Shown: in pieces, positions 27,144-35,376 of the stretch | Layout: every line of letters starts with the position of its first letter | Numbering within the stretch: the first letter of the stretch is position 1 | Assembly (NCBI GenBank): GCA_964635905.1 | Contig: CAZWPK010000004.1 | Span: 91,012 to 145,841 of the forward strand | DNA length: 54,830 nucleotides | Source of the DNA: an uncultured Pseudomonadales bacterium | GTDB lineage: Bacteria; Patescibacteriota; Microgenomatia; UBA1400; UBA12028 | Direction of reading: 5' to 3' | Program-made: the position numbers and the translations under genes | Notes under the pieces: model-generated | Databases searched by the model: none | Told to the model about the DNA's origin: nothing | Seen by the model: the letters and a program-made list of their open reading frames with translations, nothing else

Positions 27144-28286
27144 ATGAAAAAACTTTTCTTTTCACTCGTAATCTTAGCAATGTTCTTTTTGGGAGTTCCA
27201 ACGCACGCCAGCGCCATGGAAGTTCGTAAAGGAGATACCGTTCGTGTTTCCAGCGAGGAGCAAATTGAAGGAAGTGCTCTTTTGGTAAGTGAAGATGTGA
27301 CCGTTGATGGAATCATCAATGGCGACTTATATTGTGCAGGAAAGCATGTTCGAATTACTGGACAAGTGTTTGGAGATGTTATCTGTGCAGGACAGTTTGT
27401 CGAGATTAGTGGTTCCGTTGATGGAAGCGTTCGTGTTGCCGCACAAGAATTGATCGTAAATTCGGATGTCATGCGCAACGTGACGGTAGTAGGACAATCA
27501 GTCACTATCGCAGCTGAAAGCTATGTCGCAGGTGAAGTGTTTGTAGCAGGTCAAGAAATTCAGTTAAGTGGCGAAATTCAGGACGATGTGGTCGCGTACG
27601 GGAACATATTGTCCGTTGGTGGAACTGTAGGTGGTGATACCCACTTAAACGGTAATAGATTAACGATCAAATCCTCATCCGCACTACTTGGGTCTACCAA
27701 CTATCGAGGACCTGTTGCCGCCACCATTGAGGAAGGAGCAAGCCTTTCAGGTGCAATCAACTATACACAAACCAAAGAGATGAGCGAAAACCGTGGTTCC
27801 AAACCTCGTATGCTAAATGGCCCTGGCATTGGAGGAGTACTTTTCCCAATGATCACCATGGGAATAGCTGCGTTTGTGTTACATAAGTTATTTCCTGGAT
27901 TCATGCAGCGTGTTGATGAGACACTACGAAAATCTCCATTACATGCTGGGTTGTATGGACTGTTGGTTGTGATCGGTGGCCCGATTGCATTAGTTCTCTT
28001 GTGTCTGACACTGGTCGGAATCCCACTCGCATTTATTGCGTTTTTGTTCTGGATAATCTTGGCAATGTTGGCGCATACCTTCACGGTATTTAGTATTGGT
28101 TACTGGATATTAGCGCAGATCAAGCAAGATCAAACACCAGTCAAAGCAGTACTAGCGGGAGCAGTAGTCCTGTCAATCTTAAACGCTTTGCCAATCATCG
28201 GCTTTTTCAGCACGATGTTTAGTTTCTTTGTAGGAATCGGTGCTGCCAGTAAGACATTGCTCTCGTATCGCAAGTTAAATAGTTAA
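27144..28286 (+). CDS. exported beta-helical (bactofilin/polymer-forming-like) repeat protein with C-terminal TM bundle
   Basis: Signal peptide; repeated I.G.V.GDV..AG..V units; hydrophobic C-terminal helices. Confidence 0.75.
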   Translation: MKKLFFSLVILAMFFLGVPTHASAMEVRKGDTVRVSSEEQIEGSALLVSEDVTVDGIINGDLYCAGKHVRITGQVFGDVICAGQFVEISGSVDGSVRVAAQELIVNSDVMRNVTVVGQSVTIAAESYVAGEVFVAGQEIQLSGEIQDDVVAYGNILSVGGTVGGDTHLNGNRLTIKSSSALLGSTNYRGPVAATIEEGASLSGAINYTQTKEMSENRGSKPRMLNGPGIGGVLFPMITMGIAAFVLHKLFPGFMQRVDETLRKSPLHAGLYGLLVVIGGPIALVLLCLTLVGIPLAFIAFLFWIILAMLAHTFTVFSIGYWILAQIKQDQTPVKAVLAGAVVLSILNALPIIGFFSTMFSFFVGIGAASKTLLSYRKLNS

Positions 28287-29231
28287 CTGTGCAAAGAACG
28301 CTTCTTTAATCCGTTCGGTAATGGTAATGACACGCAGGCTTGATGGGGAATACGGATACCCATAGACAACCTTGGTGCCTAACGGTAGCAGGATGACTGC
28401 AGCAACCGTAATCAAGTCTTCCTCTCCGGATACACGCACGACTTGCTGAAGTGAGTCTGTACTGTTGTTAAGTAGATCAGAAACAGTTTCCAGGGAAATT
28501 TGACCAGGTACGTTGGGTATCGAGTACGAAGTGAGCTGATACGGCGGCTCAATCGAAATCGTGATGGTTTCCCGTTTACTGAGTCCATCAATGTATGCAC
28601 GCTCAAACGGCACTTGGTGTTGCATACAGTAGCGAGTTGCGATGTCTCCGACCACTATCATCGGAGCAGAGGATTGTCGTAGTTTTCGGGCTCCCGTGAC
28701 TTTCCCAAACGGTCGTTTGAAAAATGATTTAGCAGAATCTGGAACGCAAATTGTCGAGGAAAACTTTGTTGCATACGTAAGACCTTCTCGATTCACAATC
28801 CCAGCACGAATACGACTGGATGACAGCACTTGATCTGTGTCATCGGTACGTAGCGCACAACGTTCTATCTCTAACGGAGAGAGCCCTAGACGTTGTCGTT
28901 CTTCATTAATTTGAACAGCACCACGTAGGGAGTGCTCAGTCACAAAAATGGCTTCTAGTGAGGTGTCTTGCAATGTTGACCCATACAAACTAGTAATGGG
29001 GATCACCTTCACATCTTTTTCACGCCCATTTAACTGAATAAACAACTCTACTGCAGAATAGCGGAGTGCATAGGGCTGAATCTGATTTGCGAAATGTTTA
29101 TGCCCAGTAAGAGATGCTTTTGTAATCCCAATAGTGAGTTTCTTTGATTTTGCGAGTGCTTGAGCAAGCAGATCACAATGTCCGAAATGCAAATGATCGA
29201 AGGTTCCGCCAATGACTGCGTGTGAATACAT
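28275..29231 (-). CDS. fusion of archaeal/eukaryotic-type phosphopantetheine adenylyltransferase and DUF359 (GTP-dependent dephospho-CoA kinase-like)
   Basis: GGTFDHLHFGH, LSSSRIR; C-half VVGD, IDG, NVPGQI, VSGEEDL, VVYG. Confidence 0.85.
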   Translation of the reverse strand: MYSHAVIGGTFDHLHFGHCDLLAQALAKSKKLTIGITKASLTGHKHFANQIQPYALRYSAVELFIQLNGREKDVKVIPITSLYGSTLQDTSLEAIFVTEHSLRGAVQINEERQRLGLSPLEIERCALRTDDTDQVLSSSRIRAGIVNREGLTYATKFSSTICVPDSAKSFFKRPFGKVTGARKLRQSSAPMIVVGDIATRYCMQHQVPFERAYIDGLSKRETITISIEPPYQLTSYSIPNVPGQISLETVSDLLNNSTDSLQQVVRVSGEEDLITVAAVILLPLGTKVVYGYPYSPSSLRVITITERIKEAFFAQLTI

Positions 29232-29267
29232 GAGGGTAATTATACCTCTGGAGAAAAAAGATTGATA

Positions 29268-29708
29268 TTAGGCCGATGTTGTCTGCGCAAGTTCTTTTAC
29301 CTTCTGTAGGGCTTTGGGGTAACGATCCATAAAAATTCCTTCTAATTCCTCTGGAACGTCAAAGATTACTGTTAGCGTTGTAATTCCACCTAACTCTTCA
29401 AGAGAATAGCTCTCAGTTCCACCTGTCCATTCGTCGTCCCGTTCACTTTCACCACGATCTTTTGTATCTGCTTGGTGACGTAACAAAAGGTAGCTTCCTG
29501 CATCAACCTTCTCAACTTTGCTTGTTACTCCATATCCATTTTCACTGGAGATAAACTGGATTTGTGATCCCTTGTTGAGTTCACCAACCATATAGGTTCC
29601 CGGATCAATGATACCTGCCCACTCTCGAAATGTTTTGTTATTCCATAATGTGTCCCAGACTTTGTCTTTGGAAGCATTGATTTGAACGGAGAAGGTGAGT
29701 TTTTTCAT
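29268..29708 (-). CDS. SRPBCC/activator-of-Hsp90-ATPase-like domain protein
   Basis: INASKDKVWDTLW..KTFREWA, ESYSLEE.GGITTLTV, YPKALQKVKEL. Confidence 0.8.
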   Translation of the reverse strand: MKKLTFSVQINASKDKVWDTLWNNKTFREWAGIIDPGTYMVGELNKGSQIQFISSENGYGVTSKVEKVDAGSYLLLRHQADTKDRGESERDDEWTGGTESYSLEELGGITTLTVIFDVPEELEGIFMDRYPKALQKVKELAQTTSA

Positions 29709-29728
29709 AAAAGTGTTGTCAACAAGTG

Positions 29729-30385
29729 TTAAGTATTTATACGAAAGGTGAATTGATTCCATTTACTTTGAAGACCCTGAATCATTCTTCCTTTTCGTTC
29801 GTGGTACTCGATAAGCGAATACCCGTATACTGAAGTGTGGTGTAAGAATGCTTCCCTTTCCCATAAGGTATATTCTCGTTGAACGATAATGCCGGACAAG
29901 TATTGATCTTCCACGATAATATGGGTGCCGTTTCCACTTTTAAGACTGATAAAAACACAAGCATTTGGGGTACTGATTGTTGTGATATCTTCTAGTATCT
30001 TATCAATGCGAGATTCAGGAATATGAAGAAGTGATGCAGCTGCCCATACCGCATCAAAGGAGTGTGGCTTAAACAGTTCAGGTAGTCTTAGCATATCTCC
30101 CACAATAAAATTCGCGATCTGATCCCCTTGATCTTTCTTTGCCTGAGCAATCATTTGCTCTGAGTAATCTAGTCCCGTAACCTCAAATCCTAACTGAGAA
30201 AACACGGCTGAATGATGTCCTGGTCCACAACCTAGATCCAAGACTTTATGACCACTAATATAAGATGAGAACTTTTTTATGAGATGGATGTGATTTGTCT
30301 CGGTAGCCTTCTTTTTTGCGTACTTTTCTACTAACGAAGGATCTTCGTAAGACTTTTTTGTGAGTAATTGGCCTTCAGTGTCATA
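29729..30385 (-). pseudogene. class I SAM-dependent methyltransferase lacking an in-frame start (apparent frameshift at the first codons)
   Basis: VLDLGCGPG, GLDYS, GDM, FDAVWAAASLLH; frame is open 48 codons above the TTG at 30241 with no ATG/GTG/TTG, while an ATG at 30384 is in another frame. Confidence 0.65.
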
Positions 30386-30419
30386 GGAGGTTCAAATTCC
30401 GTTAGTACCTTGTATAAAG

Positions 30420-31280
30420 CTATAGGAATAACAGTACCAAACCTGCAGTTACTCCAACTATTCCCAGCATTTTCTTTACTGTTAACTCATCTTTAAAAAA
30501 GAAGGCAGACATCAAAGTTAACAACGAAATTGAGGCTGCATTTGCAGCGTTAACATATCCCACATTTGGTGCAAGATTAAAGCCCACCTGCATGAAGTAA
30601 TTAAAACTGGCGCCAAACACACCGATTAGTAATAGTGTGATGAGCTGATCTTTTGAAACCTTCTTCCATTCTACTTTTTTGTAGAGTACTTCTCCAATAA
30701 TAAGCACTGTTGTAACGATCATTGATAGAATTAATCTCGAGAGTATCGGTACACCAGCATTTAGAAGATATTTTGAACTTAATGCCAGGAGCCCCCAGCA
30801 AAAGAATGCACCCATCGTATAGGGGAACCACATTCTATTCGATTCAGATTTGTTGTTATCTTTTTCGATGGTAATTAATGCTGAAAATAAGATGATAAAT
30901 ACAATAGCGATCACGGTTTTCATTGTCAGTGGAGCAGAAAAAATAAAGATTGATGCGATAGCTGTAAATACGACGTAACTTTTTGAAATAATGAGACTAT
31001 AACCAGGATTAGGCGCGTATTCGAGCCCTCTTAAGGAGAACACGTTTCCAAGATAACTAAAAAAGATACCTTGCATGACAATAAGCAAGTATTCAAACGG
31101 TTGAAGAGTAAAGTTTGTTGGGGTTTTGACTGTTAATACTAAATATACGAGAACGGGTACTAGAAACATCGCAAGATTATTGAGTTGTAGAGGGGTTTTT
31201 AGGGCATTGCTCCTTCGCACACAAAGATACAAGGCTACTGAACTGACAAACATTAGTAAGCTGGCAATAATCCAATTCAT
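30420..31280 (-). CDS. EamA/DMT family transporter
   Basis: Two repeats of about 5 TM helices; APNPGY / APNVGY. Confidence 0.85.
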   Translation of the reverse strand: MNWIIASLLMFVSSVALYLCVRRSNALKTPLQLNNLAMFLVPVLVYLVLTVKTPTNFTLQPFEYLLIVMQGIFFSYLGNVFSLRGLEYAPNPGYSLIISKSYVVFTAIASIFIFSAPLTMKTVIAIVFIILFSALITIEKDNNKSESNRMWFPYTMGAFFCWGLLALSSKYLLNAGVPILSRLILSMIVTTVLIIGEVLYKKVEWKKVSKDQLITLLLIGVFGASFNYFMQVGFNLAPNVGYVNAANAASISLLTLMSAFFFKDELTVKKMLGIVGVTAGLVLLFL

Positions 31281-31430
31281 ACTAGTATTCTAACAGCAAT
31301 TACGAAAGGAAATTGGTTCGAAAGTGCCACCTAATCATGAGGAATTTAGCTGAAGAAAGAAGGGGTAAACTGTAGTCGGCTGACCTTCGAACCTGTTTTG
31401 ATTCTACTGTCATCATGAATTAATCCAATC

Positions 31431-32282
31431 TTATGGTTTATAACCTTTCACCACTCCTTCTGCTACCTTAACATTTAAAGACAACTTCTGATTTTTAGTT
31501 ACAAGAAACTTAACTTTTGGAAAGAGACTTGCATATCCCGAGATAAACAATGGGATAACAAGATTTAAAAACTGTACAGCAGTTAATGCCATTCCCTCTT
31601 GAATATCTTTAGGATCTTTCTTGTTGTGTAATTGGTTTGTAACTACCGCGTTTGAATGAACTGTTGAAGAGAGAAAATTATAAACATCAATCCAAAAATA
31701 CTCTGAAATGGGCGCATTTTTTGCAATTCCACGCCATCCATCAGAAGGTTTCCAATCAAATGGCCTTTTCTTTTCTAGATTATGAATCTGTTGTAAGCTT
31801 ATTTTAGCAGCAAAAGTTTTTGACCTAAGTATCTGCCTCCGAAGCCTGAGATATTCGCTTTTTTCCCTTTTTAACATTTTTATCACTCTTGAAGTTGCAA
31901 CCTGTTGCTTCTGTCGTTGAGATAATGAAGAGGCATGCCATATTTTGTGACGAAATATTTTAACTCTTTTGCTAACAGAATAATCGAGGAAAACATAATG
32001 AAGGACTAAGTATGCTTCTAATGCACTACGCACAATGGCATGAATTGATAGGTAATCGATAAAATTGATATTAGTCTTAATAGTAGAAATATGTGGTTTT
32101 GTTCCTTCAAGTAAATCTAAAGTACTCAAAGTGTGGAGAGCGACCTTTTGCACAAGTGGCTCCGAATCGAATATCCAATTATCTTTTTTTTCGACGAGAG
32201 GTCTTTTATTAACTTCGAGTATTTCAAAAAGAATTGTGGCCCAATATTTGAGTTCTTCAACTTCATGGGGAATAGAATTCAT
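31431..32282 (-). CDS. hypothetical protein (helical, DUF5677-like)
   Basis: AIVRSALE...YNFLSSTVH pattern; visibly AT-rich. Confidence 0.55.
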   Translation of the reverse strand: MNSIPHEVEELKYWATILFEILEVNKRPLVEKKDNWIFDSEPLVQKVALHTLSTLDLLEGTKPHISTIKTNINFIDYLSIHAIVRSALEAYLVLHYVFLDYSVSKRVKIFRHKIWHASSLSQRQKQQVATSRVIKMLKREKSEYLRLRRQILRSKTFAAKISLQQIHNLEKKRPFDWKPSDGWRGIAKNAPISEYFWIDVYNFLSSTVHSNAVVTNQLHNKKDPKDIQEGMALTAVQFLNLVIPLFISGYASLFPKVKFLVTKNQKLSLNVKVAEGVVKGYKP

Positions 32283-32319
32283 AGCTTAGACTATGTGAAG
32301 CGTTTTTAAAGAGAATATG

Positions 32320-32393
32320 GGTGCCTGACGGGTTACGATCCCGCTGCCTTCGCTGCCACAGAGCGACGCTCTACCGATTGAGCTACAGGCACC
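32320..32393 (-). tRNA. tRNA-His(GTG)
   Basis: G-1 then GTGCCTG/CAGGCAC, C discriminator, TCGCT-CTGTGGC-AGCGA; atypical T-loop ATCGTAA. Confidence 0.9.
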
Positions 32394-32455
32394 ATGAATA
32401 GGACCTTATTTTATCAGGAGATCAATAATCTTTCCAGACATGGGTAAAAGATACT

Positions 32456-32481
32456 AAAAAGCGCGGTTTCCCGCGCTTTTA
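32456..32481. terminator. intrinsic terminator (A-tract/T-tract, potentially bidirectional)
   Basis: AAAAAGCGCGG-TTTC-CCGCGCTTTTT. Confidence 0.8.
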
Positions 32482-32501
32482 TTATTCTAGTCTACGAAAG
32501 C

Positions 32502-32729
32502 CTATTTTCTCTTTGCTGTTTTCTTTGCTTTCTTCTTTTTGGTGACAGCCTTCACTTTACGGGTGGCTTTTTGAATATCTTTTTCAATCACGTGTTCGAC
32601 TTTTTTTGCTTCGCGAACTACCTTTTCTCGGTTGTCTTTATCGGACAGGAATACGCCAACGGCACCGGCAACAACGCCTGCGGCAGCAGCTAAGAGAGCT
32701 CCCAGTCCCATTGATGATTTTTTACTCAT
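32502..32729 (-). CDS. small YtxH-like protein with Lys-rich tail
   Basis: GALLAAAAGVVAGAVGVFLSDKDNREKV. Confidence 0.7.
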   Translation of the reverse strand: MSKKSSMGLGALLAAAAGVVAGAVGVFLSDKDNREKVVREAKKVEHVIEKDIQKATRKVKAVTKKKKAKKTAKRK

Positions 32730-32902
32730 ATTTCTCCTTTAACAGTAGGGCAGTACTGATTACTATTTTTAGTGTGGAACAAATGATCAGCAATTGCAAG
32801 CAGTAATAGGATCTCTTCCGCACTTCTTACAAGGACTTTATTAAACGGACACGGACTAAAGTTATGGTGTTGTTCTAGTAAAAATAAGTTGAAAGGAGAT
32901 CT

Positions 32903-33214
32903 ATGCAAAAAACACAAGGAAGATCTGATCACCACGACGACGCTTCGAAAACGGCACAAGTCGCAGCGGGACTAGCCGGAGCAGCAGTGGGTGCTGCGGT
33001 AGGGGCAGCTGCAGCCGTCATTCTAACGGATGAAAAGAAGAGAACACAGTTTACTCATACCGTGCAGCAATTACAGGAAAAAGGAAAAGAAATCCAAGAG
33101 AAAGTCCAAGGAAGACTGGACGAGATGGCAGTGGAAGTAGAACATGGTGCCCATGAGGTGCGAAAGCAACTCGATCAAGTGCAACCATCTGCCAAAAAAC
33201 CCACTACAAAGTAA
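32903..33214 (+). CDS. small YtxH-like protein
   Basis: GAAVGAAVGAAAAVILTDEKKR plus coiled coil; AAAGGAG ribosome-binding site. Confidence 0.7.
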   Translation: MQKTQGRSDHHDDASKTAQVAAGLAGAAVGAAVGAAAAVILTDEKKRTQFTHTVQQLQEKGKEIQEKVQGRLDEMAVEVEHGAHEVRKQLDQVQPSAKKPTTK

Positions 33215-33235
33215 GTTAAGAATCACCCTCAAATT

Positions 33236-33262
33236 AGCGCCTCTTTACCGAGGCGCTTTTTT
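33236..33262 (+). terminator. intrinsic terminator
   Basis: AGCGCCTC-TTTACC-GAGGCGCT-TTTTT. Confidence 0.85.
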
Positions 33263-33297
33263 GAATGCCATTTACGGTATAATAGGGTAGTAGAAGC

Positions 33298-33374
33298 GTC
33301 CCCGTAGCTCAATTGGATAGAGCAGTTCCCTTCTAAGGAAAAGGTTGTGCGTTCGATTCGCACCGGGGGCACCA
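33298..33374 (+). tRNA. tRNA-Arg(TCT)
   Basis: GTCCCCG/CGGGGGC, TTCC-CTTCTAA-GGAA, GTTCGATT, ends ACCA. Confidence 0.95.
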
Positions 33375-33379
33375 CCGTA

Positions 33380-34822
33380 CTACTTCTGTTCGACAGTCTC
33401 ATCACTTAGCTTTGGAAATAAGGGTGCTAATTTCTCAATTGTAGGTTTTGAAAAATGCGACTCTAGTTTTGACGATAATCCCGGAAGGAAGGGTTTTAGA
33501 TCCACAATTAATTGTCGGACTTGATGTACGACAGGTTTAAGGAATTTCGCTAATGCTTCAGCCTCCAACTTCCACGGTTCGTTGTCACTTAGCCACTTAT
33601 TTAGGTCCCACATCTTTTTCCAGGTTGATTGTAAGGCAAGGCGTAAATTACCTTGAACAATCAGTGGTTCCAATTCTTTGGACATTTCTAGAGTCGATGT
33701 TTCAAGAGGATAACTTGCTCCAGATTTGGCACATAACGCGGCGACGCGTGAGAGTAAGTTTCCGATTCCGTGAGCAAATTCTGAAGTATAGAGTTCGTTG
33801 GCTCTACTAAACGTGAAATCTCCATCATCCAAAGTGGGGATCTCATAGAGTAAATAAAAACGAGTGAAATCCGTACCGTATTTTTTTACCACTTCATACG
33901 GGTCAATGACATTCCCAATCGACTTACTCATCTTTTGACCACCACTACTGATATGTCCATGCACCCAAAGAGTCGCAGGTAAGGGGAGTTTGGCAGAGAG
34001 CAGCATTCCAATCCAATAAATGGCATGGAAACGTACGATGTCTTTTCCAATCACATGCACATCGGCCGGCCAATACTGCTCCCATTTTTTTTGATCGTAG
34101 CCATATCCAATCCCCGTCATGTAGACCGTTAACGCATCAAACCAGACGTACATTACCTGCGTTGGATCATCTGGAACGGGGACGCCGACACCTCGGGCAC
34201 GCTCGACGGATCTTGAGACAGAGAAGTCCTCTAGACCATTCTCGATAAAATGCAGTACTTCTTGTTTGATTTTTTCTGGGATTACTTTTACGGTGTCCGA
34301 GGCGATGAGGTCTTTAATTTGTTCTTGATAGGCACTCAGTTTAAAGAAATAATTTTCTTCATTGACTAATTCTGGAGCGACCTGATGATCAGGACACAGA
34401 CCGTTTACGAGTTCATTTTCTTTGTAAAAACGCTCGCAGCCCACACAATAGAGTCCTTGGTAGGACTTTTTATAGATATCACCATTTTGGACGCAGCGTT
34501 TCCATAACTCTTGGACACCTGGAAAATGGGTTTCTGGATTAAAACTCCGTTGAAACGCATCGATCTGAATATCTAAGGACTGACTAAACTCTTTCCAAAC
34601 CTGCGTATATTTATCCAGCAACTGAGTGGTAGTAATCCCTTCTTTTTCTGCCGCTCGCACGTTTTTTAGCGAATTCTCATCGGATCCTGTTAACAAAACG
34701 ACATCCTTTCCAAGTTGTCGGTGAAAGCGGGCAAGAGTATCCGCCTGTACAAACTCAAGGGTGTGTCCAATGTGCGGTTTCCCGTTCACATAGGGGATGG
34801 CAGTGGTGATATAGGTTTTCAT
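33380..34822 (-). CDS. metG: methionine--tRNA ligase (short form)
   Basis: AIPYVNGKPHIGH, YCVGCE, YVWFDAL, GKDIVRFH, KMSKSIGN. Confidence 0.97.
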   Translation of the reverse strand: MKTYITTAIPYVNGKPHIGHTLEFVQADTLARFHRQLGKDVVLLTGSDENSLKNVRAAEKEGITTTQLLDKYTQVWKEFSQSLDIQIDAFQRSFNPETHFPGVQELWKRCVQNGDIYKKSYQGLYCVGCERFYKENELVNGLCPDHQVAPELVNEENYFFKLSAYQEQIKDLIASDTVKVIPEKIKQEVLHFIENGLEDFSVSRSVERARGVGVPVPDDPTQVMYVWFDALTVYMTGIGYGYDQKKWEQYWPADVHVIGKDIVRFHAIYWIGMLLSAKLPLPATLWVHGHISSGGQKMSKSIGNVIDPYEVVKKYGTDFTRFYLLYEIPTLDDGDFTFSRANELYTSEFAHGIGNLLSRVAALCAKSGASYPLETSTLEMSKELEPLIVQGNLRLALQSTWKKMWDLNKWLSDNEPWKLEAEALAKFLKPVVHQVRQLIVDLKPFLPGLSSKLESHFSKPTIEKLAPLFPKLSDETVEQK

Positions 34823-35317
34823 TTAGGATCGTTCTCCTTCTTTTCTAAGTGCGATGTAAAAATCAAAACTGCGTAGGATTTGATCTAAGGTTGGCCCATC
34901 AGGGCTTACTTCCACATTTTTGGGGTGGAGTGAGTTTCTCAACCTTTTTAAACGTTTTGAACTTGTGGTACTTAGGTCCATGTTAAAAAACTTTCCCAGC
35001 ATATCAATTGGTAGCAAGCCTTGATCGAAAACATCCAGGTAAGTTTGTGGCTCTATTGTACCTTTTAAAATTCGTTGCGATGTTTCAATAATTTTTTGTA
35101 GTTTATCAAGATCGGCTCTAAACTGTGTTCGTTCTGAAAGGTCAGTATCAGAGCTAAACAACTTTTTTTCGAGCCAAATACGCCGTATTCCCCACATGAT
35201 GTCATTGTCTAGCGACCACAGGTGTGCAAGTAAATAATCTGGATTGATGTAAGGAGTAATTAACTCCCGATTCTGGTTCACTAGATCTCGAAGTTCAGTC
35301 GTATTTAGTCCGGCCAT
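34823..35317 (-). CDS. hypothetical protein
   Basis: ORF between uvrA and metG; no recognised motif. Confidence 0.55.
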   Translation of the reverse strand: MAGLNTTELRDLVNQNRELITPYINPDYLLAHLWSLDNDIMWGIRRIWLEKKLFSSDTDLSERTQFRADLDKLQKIIETSQRILKGTIEPQTYLDVFDQGLLPIDMLGKFFNMDLSTTSSKRLKRLRNSLHPKNVEVSPDGPTLDQILRSFDFYIALRKEGERS

Positions 35318-35376
35318 ATATTGGTATTGTACTTGAGGTATATCCACGGTACAATGGCAGATCAACTTTCAACACT

